Below, one piece after another: positions 52,853 through 64,000 of a DNA stretch of 64,000 nucleotides. Position numbers and translations under genes: made by a program. The first letter of the stretch is position 1, and every line of letters begins with the position of its first letter. Origin of the DNA: Octopus vulgaris (Eukaryota); NCBI GenBank assembly GCA_951406725.2, contig OX597825.1, positions 42,346,001-42,410,000 on the forward strand. The letters run 5' to 3'. Below the pieces are notes generated by a model, which ran no database searches, had not been told where the DNA came from, and saw only the letters and a program-made list of their open reading frames with translations.

Positions 52853-55180
52853 ATCATCATCATCTTCATCCTTTAATGTCCATATTCAATGCTGGCATAG
52901 ACTGGATGGTTCAAAAGGTTCTGATTAGCATGAGGGCTGTGTTGCTCTCCAGTGTCTGCTTTGGTAAGGTTTCTCTTTCTGGGTGCCCTTCCTAATGTCA
53001 ACCCCTTTCATATTGGGTACTTTTTTCCTGAAGCCAATACTAGTGATATCACTAAATAGCTCGCAAGACAAAGTGTAAGAGTGCAGTAATGAGGTGGGTA
53101 GTTTTGTGCTAGATTTAGTGAGGCTAAAGTAGGAAAGAGGGACAAGGGATCTTTTCTGTTTGGTTGCCACTTCTCAATTTCTTAAGTTTTTGTTCCATTT
53201 AATTTCATATTTGGTGTATTGATGTAGTTTTCTATGGTAATTATTAACACGAAATTCATTTACACCATGAGTCAATAAATAAAGAATTAATAGCTTTTAA
53301 AGTTGCCAATTTTGGGTAATTCTAGCCAATTAAAAGCCATAGACATATAGGTGCCTGTTTCCACAGTAACAAGCCAGGCTGTTACCAAGCTGCCTACCCT
53401 TCTGTTGCTCTCTTGACCAACCACAAGGTCATTTTTTTGCTTATTAAATGCTTAAAACACACTAAGTATGAGGTGGTAATGAGATGTGCTAAAAATAACA
53501 GCAAAATAGGCCTCAAATCATGCACCAAAATTATCATTTTTTGTGGAGGAGCATAATCACATGAATTCCCATGTGTACAATACAAATTTGCAAAGATTTT
53601 CGGAAATTTCCAAAAAATAAAAAGTTATGAAGGGTTATATGGCGTGCATAAAGCAGAATTCTATCAATATTTCATTTGATTACAGTTTGATATCTTGTTT
53701 GCAATGTTGACAACACATGTATTCCTGCACAAAATGAAAGCTTCCAAATCCTGTTTTCTGACTGGGTAAAAATTATCAAACTTTAAGCCTCTTTAATTTA
53801 AAAAAAAAATTCTCTGGAATTAGGCCCTGAGATTCAATGTGAAAGACTACATCAATACACCAAATTTGAAAATTTTCACTTAATTTTAAAATTTCAATGA
53901 GTACAGCCAAACAGAAAAGATCCAGGACAAGAAGATGTGTTTTGCTGTAGAGGAAATATGTGACTACCCGAACAGGAAAGAGAGAAAGGATGGTGAAGAA
54001 GTATTAGGTCACACCTTCAAGGTACAAGAAGATGGAAAGAGAGAGAATAGAGGTAGAGAACTTAGGATGGCTGGGTGGTTAGGTAGATACATGCGAGTGT
54101 GATGGGAGAGTGAAAAAAAATTAGAAGAAGGACACAAGTGAAAGCAGAGAACTGAACATGGATGGAGGCATAGGCAATGCTGAGTCTCCATTTATGGAAA
54201 TATAGATAAAATAGGATTGAATTAAGGATGAGGAAGTGATAGATGGTAATACATAAAAAGAGGCATCAAGGGTAGATATGGGAGGGTTTTCAAGGGAAAG
54301 AGGCATTCAGTAAATATATAGTGGTATGGGATGTTGTTGGGAATGAGGGATGGATGTCAGGGGAAGTGGTTCCATGAAGAGGAATCACTGATAGTACAAA
54401 TGGGAGAAGAAATATGTGCAGTTCTGCTTGCACATAAGTACAGCAGCTGATAAAGATAGCATAGTATAGTTAAAAGGACAAGTATCATGAAGGTTGACTT
54501 TTCAGACATACTCACACTGACTTCTCTCTTGCACACCACATGCAATGCATCTTATGCCCAGTTTTTCTTTCAACAGATTTGCACTTTGTTCTACAACCTC
54601 AGACGTTGCACATTCTGTAGAGCAAGCTAGCTTTGTTTCTTTCTGGCCTTTGCATGTCTTTAGTATTTATGGCCTGTATTTCACTACCAATGAAGCATTG
54701 CTGTACACACACAAGATACACAAGCACCATACAAGCTGTTTTTTACCCTAAGGAAGAAGTATTTTGTTACCAACAGAGGTAAAAATTCTCTGAAATTTTC
54801 CAGATGGTTTGTATTCTAACAATTATGATTTCAGAGCATCTTTCTCCACTGCTAATTTAAGAGATTGGCACATATGGAAGCATCACTGATATAGCTCTGC
54901 TATTGCCACCAACAGTGTTGCTTGATGCTGTTTTCTGCATTTGAGAAGAGAAGAATTTGTATGATCACTTCATAACACATATTGGGGTTCACACATACGA
55001 CCAGAGAATTCCACCTAACTACCCCACTACTGTGTTCAGCACTAGAATATTTAGTGAATCTCAGAATTTCAACATTGTTTTAGTCATCAGATGTCCTTCT
55101 TATAATATCCTCCCAATATGGACCAAATGCCTTTTTCATGCATACCGCAAGTGCTAAGGAAGTTTTCTGTCAATGCTAAA
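52853..55180 (-). mobile_element. old RTE copy (ORF end and long UTR) split by a MITE
   Basis: (CAT)n tail at 52853, UTR modules, purine tract, and a decayed RT C-terminus (FREFLPLLVTK) near 54765-54795. Confidence 0.7.
53146..53924. mobile_element. non-autonomous TIR DNA element with 6-bp TSD
   Basis: ggacaa|gggatcttttctgtttggttg ... cagccaaacagaaaagatcca|ggacaa; subterminal inverted atttggtgtattgatgtagt. Confidence 0.8.
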
Positions 55181-55458
55181 TTGTTTCCATTGCACTCATT
55201 CACTTTTTATTCAAAATTAGTGCTTTCCAAGCTTATAGAATTCCCATCTCCTCATGCAGAGTCCTTCTGATCTTTTAGTTGAGTCACTTTCCGTTATGTT
55301 TCCTCTCTCCCTAATGTTACTAAACTTTTTTACAGTGAAACGAAGAAGGGGGTGAAGAAAGAGTGAGCTGGTGGATGATAGTTGATCATGTTCACTATAA
55401 CAGACCGACTCACCTTGCTTTTCAAACGCATTTGCCAAAGGGAATTAAAAAGTGATAA

Positions 55459-58359
55459 TCTCTCTATATATAAAACTGAGAATGTGTGTCTGTCTGTCTG
55501 TCTATGTGTTTCCCTAAAACTTGAGAACTACACAACCAATTTCATTCAAATTTTACACATGCCTTACTTAAGGTCTGGGGAGTGTCATCGGCAAAAACAA
55601 TGTTCAACTTCTTGCCTAGGGTGACCCCACAGCAATATCATATCTTCTCCACTATTTCAGTATTACGTGTTAAAAGTGAAACAAAAATGTCTCTCTATTG
55701 TAATGCAGACACTTTCATTTTAATACTGAAATTATTAAAGTGAAAGTATTATATAACAGGGATGAACCATTAACAATGGTCATCCATTTTGCTAGAAGAA
55801 GATCCGCTATGGTCTTATATGCTACACCATATTAATCAAATTAATATTCAATTTTTCACCCTTATTATGTGTGTGTGTATTAGCAATTCGTATAAAATTG
55901 CATCAATGACTTCAACTTGAATAAGTGGTTTCACATAAATGGGGATAAATTAAAAAGGTTTGTTGTTATTATTATTACTGTTTGACTATTGTAATCACGT
56001 TTGTTGGTTCCTCGTAAGGGAAACGTTGTTGTGTTGCATTTCTTAAATAATTGTAAACCGTAACCCTCCCCCTTTCAGAGAAGGGGCTTTGGTTATTGTT
56101 TAAAAATTGAATTGTGTCCCTGTTTGGGGAAATTGACAATATTTTCACCGTCTTTATGGAAGCATTTTTGTTAAAATGCCTTCGATAGAAGAAAGTCCAC
56201 AAATGAATTTCACTGCAGCCGTACACTTCTATACAAGAGGGAAGACAAGATCTAATTGATCAAAATTGCAAGAGACGGACCTACAATTCCAGTCTGTTAT
56301 ATATTTTGAGTATTGTTATCACTAGTGATATCAAGATATAACTTTGTATTACTTTGTATTTTGTATTTTATGTGTAGATGTATATATATAGGTGTACATG
56401 TAATATGTACACATATATATACACATATATACATGCATAGTATATCTACCCATACACAATACGCACACACACACATACATAAGGGCAGGTATGGCTGTGT
56501 GGTAACAAGCTACATTCCAAACACATGGTCCTGGCTTCAGTCCCACTTGGCATTTGTCTTCTGCTGTAGCCTCAGAATAACAAAAGCCTTCTCAGTGGAT
56601 TTTGTACATATATACAGGCATACATACATATATATACATGCATATGTACATATTCGGCATAAACACTCTACCACTACAACTAATAACTGTTGGGAACACT
56701 TTCAAACCTGCCTTACATTCGAACCGGAATCTCAAAAACATTGTCCCCTTACATCTCATTCTCATTTCATTCCCAACACAGGGAAATAAAACTTACTTCT
56801 CACTACGGGACAATGGATGATGGTAACAGATATTTACTACAGAACTATTCTTAACAGTGTTCGCCAATGCGAGGGATGAATCATCTTCCTCAATGCTCCT
56901 GGAGGGACAGGAAAAACATTTATTAAAAAGCTTCTCCTTGCAGAAGTTAGGCAGCATCAGGACATTGCAGTAGCTGTAGCCTCCTCTGGCATTGCAGCTA
57001 CTGTGTTACCCGGTGGCAGGACAGCACACTCAACTTTTAAACTCTCTCTCAATTTAGCAGCATCTGAAATGCCTTCATGCAACATCGACAAAAGCTCAGA
57101 TCAGGGACAAGTACTTAAAATGTGTCATCTAATTGTGTGGGATGAGTGCATGGCTCACAAGGGAGCTTTGGAAGCATTAGATAGAGCCCTGAAAGATCTG
57201 AGACTATCAGGCTCCAATGGGAGGTGTAACGCTTCTATTGTTAGGTGCTTTCAGGCAAACTCTTCCTGTCATTCCGAAAGGCACTAGAGCAGATGAAATC
57301 CAAGCATGCCTAAAGTCCTCTACCCTGTGGCATCATGTTACAATCCTCAGTCTCACCACTAACATGAGAGCTCAGCTACACGGCGACAAAATGTCCACAA
57401 AGTTTGCACAGGACATTTTGACATTTGGTGAAGGCAAGATGCCTCTCGATGCTGCAGGACAAATGGAAGTTTGGTCATTTTCCTCTGTTGTTAATTCTGT
57501 AGATGACTTCAAAAACAAAGTCTTTCTCAACTTCATACAAAACTACCAAAATCACAATTGGCTGTGTGAGAGAGCAATATTAGCTCCAAAAAATGTCGCT
57601 GTTGACAAAATTAATCAACAGCTAATGCATTCTCTTCCCAGCACTATGCACTCTTACAAGTCTGTTGATACACTTCCAGATATAAATGAAGTTGTGAACT
57701 ATCCTCCTGAATTTCTCAATTCACTGCAGCCTCCTGGACTACCTCCACACATATTAGCACTTAAAGTTGGAACTCCTGTAATGCTACTCCGCAATTTGGA
57801 ACCACCAAGACTTTGCAATGGAACACGACTGGTGATAAAGAAAATGATGTCACACGTTATCGAGGTGATCATTCTTTCTGGATGTGGAAAAGGGGATGAC
57901 GTCTTTATTCCAAGAATTCCTATTACTTCATCAGGTGCAGAAATTCCATTTACATTCAGAAGACTGCAATTCCCCCTTCGTGTCAGCTTTGCCATGTTCA
58001 TTAACAAATCTCAGGGTCAAACCCTCTCTGTAGCTGGTCTTCTCTTGGAAGAGCCCTACTTCTCGCATGGGCAACTGTATGTTGGCTGCTCAAGAGTAGG
58101 AACCAAAAGAAACCTTTCTGTATATGCTCCACAAGGAAAAACAAGGTACATTGTTTACAACGAGGTGTTATAATCTCAACAGCCAGGAGGTATATACATG
58201 ATCCCCATTTTTTTTAACAAACTTCGTGTACTTTCATATATTTATATTAATATACATATGTGTGTGTGTGTGTGTGTGTGTGTGTATCCATATATATATA
58301 ACAGATAAATCTAATTCTTCAATTTAATGTAACCGGGCAACGCCGAGTATCTCTGCTAG
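55459..58359 (+). mobile_element. Helitron with PIF1 helicase region, Rep domain missing
   Basis: A|TC 5' end; 3' ccgggcaacgccgag hairpin, then CTAG|T; helicase inside; SINE inserted near 56482-56605. Confidence 0.9.
56820..58173 (+). pseudogene. Helitron PIF1-family helicase, frameshifted
   Basis: APGGTGKTF, ASSGIAA..LPGGRTAHSTF, WDEC, GAFRQTLPV, MLLRNL...LCNGTR, RLQFP, INKSQGQT, HGQLYVGCSR; frameshift near 57215. Confidence 0.92.
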
Positions 58360-58469
58360 TTAATAATAATTATGATTATTAGTAATAATAATAATAATAA
58401 TAAAAGTAAATTTATTGTGTGTCAACAGCGATTTTTCAAATATGTACAACACTACTGAATATATATATA

Positions 58470-59740
58470 TTTATATATATAAAACTGAGAATGTGTGTCT
58501 GTCTGTCTGTCTGTGTGTTTCCCTAAAACTTGAGAACTACACAACCAATTTCATTCAAATTTTACACATGCCTTACTTAGGGTCCGGGGAGTGTCATCGG
58601 CAAAGACAATGTTCAACTTCTTGCCTAGAGCGAGCCCATAGCAATATCATATCTTCTCCACTATTTCAGTATTACGTGTTAAAAGTGAAACAAAAACATT
58701 CCTTTATTTTATGTCAGATACTTTCACTTCAACAATAAAAATAATAATAACAATTGAATTATATGTAGTAAGTAATAATTAAAATCAAACTAAAGTATAA
58801 TATAATCATAACATAACAAAAGTAAAAATAGCAATTGGTATAAAATTGCATCAATGACTTGAACTTGAATAAGTGGTTTCACATGAATGGGAATAAATTA
58901 AAAATAAAATTAGTGTGCAGAAATGGAATAGTCCAGATGGAGCTGTGCTTTTACATTATATTATCTGCTAATTATCTAGCATTAAGTATCTATATGAAGT
59001 TTGGCTGTATGTAATATCTGTTTTCTCGAACAGCCGCTCCTACTGCTGTTGGTTTATTTCTTATACATAAAGGACTAAAGCTTCAACTGCTTACTGCTTT
59101 CTGACTCATCGTAAGGTTTGTTGTTATTATTATTACTGTTTAACTATTGTTATCACGTTTGTTGGTTCCTCGTAAAGGAAACATTGTTGTATTGCATTTG
59201 TTAAATAATTGTAAACTGTAACCCTTCCCCTTTGGGAGAAGGAGCTTTGGTTATTGTTTAAAAATTGAATTGTGTTCCTGTTTGGGGAAATTGATAATAT
59301 TTTCACCGTTTACACGGAAGCACTTTTGTTAGAATGCCTTCGATAGAAAAAAGTCCTAAAATGAATTTCGCTGCAGCCGTCGGCGGGTGCGAACTCTTTG
59401 AAATTAAAATGGAAGAAATACAAACCTATTTCAGATTGATCACCGACAAAGACGGTGAATCTAGGATAACACCACCAAACAAAATAAAAAATTTAATCAA
59501 AGAACAGACTATTGTCTATAAAGTATACAATATAGAGAAAAAAAAATATTTGAACACCTGGGGGAAAGCACCATCGAAAAGTGTTAATGGACAATATGTT
59601 CAATTTTTCGGCATATTTGGCATTAGAAATTTTTTCGTTTGCCCTTATTTATGAATTATATAAATTTAACCTTTAAAGGTATTTTTTAATATGCTGGCCA
59701 TTGATAAAAATTTTTTTTGAAAAAAATTTTTATCCTACAT
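58470..59740 (+). mobile_element. second Helitron copy, 5' part only
   Basis: head nearly identical to 55465-55700; 59114-59380 matches 55956-56222. Confidence 0.8.
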
Positions 59741-59741
59741 T

Positions 59742-59815
<74 letters not shown>

Positions 59816-60163
59816 TTTAAGCCAACACTACACATATAAACAGATGTAAACACAGCTACATTGTATACAGTAGCTTCATAGACAAGAAAAGAATGTCTTG
59901 ATGGACAAGGAGGAACTCAGTTGTGGACGAATTACACGATAAGATTTTAAATAGTTCACTTGATTCCTCTTTTGCTACCCATCAGGATATTTTGCATAAA
60001 GATAAGTTCATTTTTATTTTACATCTGTCTAACATAAAGCATTTGCTAAAAATCTATAGATATATTATGTAGTAGAGTATACTACTGAAACAAAACATTA
60101 CTAGCCCACCAGTAATTCATTAACCAAACTAGTTCACAAGGATGTGGTGCAATTCATTGTCTA

Positions 60164-61019
60164 TTGGTATGCCAGATAAATTCATTCATTCATTTCATTC
60201 CAATATTATTTGAATTGACCTGAGAATTCTTTTTATAGCTTTTCTGTAGCTCTGTTCTTCCTCTACAAATTTTGTTCGTTGTTATTGAAATTTGAATAAA
60301 TGTTAACTCTTTTCTGACATAACAATGGAGTGCCAAACAGAAACTCCAGGCTACTAATGAACACAAACAGAGGTTTGTTTGCTGCATCATCATTGGCGAT
60401 ACAGAAGTGTGTTTTTACATCAACATGAAGCAGAAGGAAGAATAGCAAGACCCAACAAGCAAGCAATACCGCAAGCCAAGTTAGAACTGCATCCAAGACA
60501 ATTATCTTCATTTGGCAGAACTGGGAAGGTCTAATTGTCTACAACATGCTTAAAACAACCGTATGGCTAATGCAGAATTTTATGTTCAGCAAAAGTTTTG
60601 GCTCAAGGAGGCAATCCAGCAGAACCAACCTGACTTGCCACACAGCATTCTTCTTCAACACAACAATGTTTTTATCCCCATGTTGCTAATTTGGTGAAAA
60701 ATGCTATTCAAGAACTTGGGAAGTTCCACCACACCCACCATTTTCTCTTGATTTAGATGCTCCTTCACATTATCACCTGCTTCAGTCACACTCCAACAGT
60801 GAGCTGGAGGTTTTGCTCGACAACAACATAGAGCTGAAAAAATGGCTTATTGAATTCTTTGAGTCAAGACCTGGTGATTTCTATCGTCATGACATTGACA
60901 TGCTTGTGGAACGTTAGCAAGCAGTCATGAACAATGAAAGAAAATATATCACTGACTGATTTGTTAGAACTTATGAAAAATAGAATTAAACTAATTGGAA
61001 AATTCATCTGACAAACCAA
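60164..61019 (+). mobile_element. internally deleted mariner
   Basis: TA|ttggtatgccagataaatt ... aattcatctgacaaaccaa|TA; IIIGD, LQHNN, PHPPFSLDL and FFESRPGDFYRHDIDMLVER. Confidence 0.8.
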
Positions 61020-61554
61020 TAATTGACTTAAGTTCTTACTAATAGTTGATTTATAAACATGGACTACATTGGTAGATAAAAGCAGGCACTCAATCTCTGA
61101 TGAAATCCCAGTATAGGACTGAATCTAGTTTTGCTGATCCTTCTTTGTATGCCTACAAAAGATAGTAATATAAGTCTATTTGAGTAATCTTAGCAAAACT
61201 CTATGCTCTATAACAGTTTAGCATAATAATTGTTTCTAATTTAGGCACAGGGCCAGGAAATTTTGAGAGGAGAGAGTAGTCAAATAAACTGAGTCAGCAA
61301 GGAATTAGTAAACTACTTATGGACTCCCAAAATGATGGAAGACAAAGTTGACCTCATCAAGGTTTAAGTTCAGAATGTAAAGAGCCATAAATTCAATACA
61401 TTTTCTTTGACACATTAATGATTCTGTCTGTCACTTGTCCTTAATAATTAGAACTAATTTAGGCACAAGGTTAGTGATTTGGGGTTGGGAGAGAGAACTA
61501 AGAAATTACATTGACTCCAGTATTAAACCTGTATTTTCCTCAAGAAGTATGAAC

Positions 61555-61899
61555 TTTGGTCTGTCTCTTTAGTCTCCAGTATAAACAGACAGATGTCAAG
61601 AAAACATGGTTTTCATTAAGCTATCACACAAACGAGCACCAACATTTCTATATGATTTTTTTCCCTCTATATCGAACATGGTAGAAGAGAGATAAACACA
61701 GACAGATAGACAGAGACATGAAAGGGAGGAGATTTCAGTTTATAGACAATAAACAGATAATAATAGATATGGTATCCCTTATAAAATATTATTATTTTAT
61801 TATCTATTATTATCTGTTTATTGTCTATAAACTTTTATCTATATTTTCGTCTCTCTTTCATTTTCGTCTTTCTTTTCTCCCCTATCTCGCTCTTCCTCA

Positions 61900-61933
<34 letters not shown>

Positions 61934-62086
61934 TTGTCTTCCCCCTTCTTTCTGTTTCTCTCTTCTCCATCATGTTCCATACAGAGAAACGATTTTGTAC
62001 AAAATGTTTGGTTCCATTTTGTGCAGTGGCTTAATGAAAACTATGTTTTCTTGACATCTGTCTGTCTACACTGAAGACAGACCAAA
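61555..62086. mobile_element. foldback element of about 530 bp
   Basis: outer arms acagacagatgtcaagaaaacatggttttcattaagc / gcttaatgaaaactatgttttcttgacatctgtctgt; perfect 33-bp inner arms agtttatagacaataaacagataataatagata / tatctattattatctgtttattgtctataaact. Confidence 0.85.
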
Positions 62087-62249
62087 CAATGCTGTTTACA
62101 TAGGCCCAAGGAAAAATAGTGATGACTAAAGAACAAACAACAAAAAGTTTCCCAACAGAAAGAGAGCTTATTAGAACTGATCCAGGAAATCTTACGAAAC
62201 CCCAATGAGCCTGGTCATGAAAGACAAATCCCCTTTCCAAGACTTTGTT

Positions 62250-63430
62250 TCCTGGCCTTCAGCTGCATGCTTAATGTATGACCAGTTCAGTCATATCATA
62301 TTCACTACTTCACCCACTTTTCAAAAGATTTAATAAGGGCAGCATCTACCATCACAGATACAGTTGTTGTTATTAGATGCCACATTTTTGAAACTCTGTT
62401 TCAAGGTCCTTGCATTAACTTTGCAGATGTTTTTAGAGAAGTGTCTCAGGCTGCTGAGATTGACATTTCTATGAGCAAGTATGTTTTGTGATCATGATTT
62501 TTTTTTACCACAATATTTAATCTGAATAGCATAATCAAGGAACAGTGACATCTTTATTTTCTACTACTTTGACAGACTTATATTTCCACTATTTTTTCTT
62601 ATATGGGAGCCCAGACTCACAGCATATGATCCAAAGCAAATACTGACTAAATCTATCATGTCAGGTAATATATTCATTTGAGGCTAACACAAAGCATCCA
62701 GAGATGAGGTAGTCAATTGTTTCTCTTGTTGCACCACAAAAGTTCCAGGCAAGATCTACCATTTTAAAGACTACTGATTTGGTAGTTTGTGGTGGACAAA
62801 TGCTGATTCTGAGCTGCCTGCTATAACAAAGCACCTTTGTTTCTGAGTTAAGTCTAGATGCAAACAACTATTGATGGGTCATATTTGTATCAAAATCAGG
62901 ATTTCTGGCCCTTGTAGGGCATTTGCTGTGCAATACTTTGCTTTGCCATATATTGAACAGCTCTGATATGCTATTTGATTTGGTTTATGTTTTTAATTGT
63001 TTTGCCTTTACAGTGGTTTCTTCTCATTTGTCTAGTTGTGCCTCATATCTTTCTTTGAATATAGTTTCTTAGTACTTTCATACTCGTAGACAGAATTAAG
63101 CATCCATATGCTTGTACTCTTTAGATAGTGGTCTAAAGCTATGGTTGATATCTTCAAAGACAGTTAGAGCTGCATCAGTTCTCATCCTCCATCCTTTTGC
63201 GGGGTGTATAGCCTTTGGATGACGCTTGTAGTGCATAGAGAGAAACTTGAATAGTTTTGCATAATTTTACATTGACGGACCGTTTTATGATGTTAAAACT
63301 ATAGGTTGCAACAGGTATTACTGAGGCATTGATTGCATCAATCCTGTTTCTCACATTAAGTTTACCCTTTAGGATAGCTCTTATTCTACAATAGCATTCT
63401 TTCCATATTACTATTATTTCATAAGTTTCA
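62250..63430 (-). mobile_element. old R4/Dong-like LINE fragment
   Basis: RIRAILKGKLNVRNRIDAINASVIPVATYSFNII, then FCGATRETIDYLISGC...EYIT*HD (CCHC/RHD region). Confidence 0.75.
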
Positions 63431-63454
63431 GGCAAATTCACTGCATTACCCAGC

Positions 63455-63990
63455 ACACCACCATCAGGCAAAATGTTTTGCAACATTTTGTCCATCTTTC
63501 TAAGTTCAAATTCCACCAAGGACTTTCATCCTTTCAAGGTCAATAAAATAAGAACCAGTTAAGCATTGGAGTTGATGTACTCAACTTACCCCCAAAACTT
63601 GTGCCAAAACTTGAAACCATTATTATCATTATTATCACTATTACTATATCATGAAAAATCTCAACTTTATTTTGTTGGGCATGATGGAAAGTATGAGCTG
63701 TGCTCAGTCAGCAAACCAAAGCAACACTTGTTTACTGATCATGCCACATGCTTCTTTCTTCTTCTTTGCCACCACTACCACCACCATCATTATTATTATA
63801 ATATTATTATTACAGCAGCAAACTGGCAGAATCATTACTATGTAAAGGAAATGCTTAGTGACTTTTTTTCTTGTTCTTTATGTTCTGAGTTCAAATTCCA
63901 CTGACATTGATTTTGACTGGTATCCTTTTGGGAGAATCAATGAAATAAATACCAGTCGAGCACTTAAGTCAGTATAATTGACTAACCCCA
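63455..63990 (+). mobile_element. two degenerate copies of a third SINE family
   Basis: agttcaaattcca...atccttt...aaataa..accagt core twice; minus-strand relatives at 61230-61530. Confidence 0.55.
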
Positions 63991-64000
63991 TACTTGGAAA

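Noticed and set aside
59334-59654. 106-aa ORF inside the second Helitron as a captured gene
   Set aside because: No recognisable motif, and the sister copy diverges after about 16 codons.

Overview
AT-rich, repeat-saturated animal DNA. The repeat families (tRNA-headed SINEs with an internal microsatellite, RTE tails ending in (GAT)n, very long (TA)n arrays) suggest an octopus or other coleoid genome, which is an inference from repeat content. I found no host protein-coding gene, rRNA, true tRNA or CRISPR array that I can support, and most of the ORF track is microsatellite noise. The window is a nested mosaic of decayed mobile elements. Retroelements: RTE LINEs (one 3.3-kb copy), R4/Dong LINEs, a Penelope-like element (PLE), SINEs and Tx1, CR1 and Gypsy remnants. 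DNA elements: Helitrons (one with a PIF1 helicase), Tc1, mariner, maT and MITE/foldback elements. The most interesting signal is RNA-level: about ten type-I hammerhead ribozyme motifs, three with intact cores. One sits in a retrozyme-like ~0.5-kb tandem unit, and two fold-back inversions break at hammerhead stem II. Also notable are a PHD finger inside the RTE reverse transcriptase and an R4/Dong family whose junctions fall in (CATA)n. All calls were made by eye, and boundaries of old elements are approximate.
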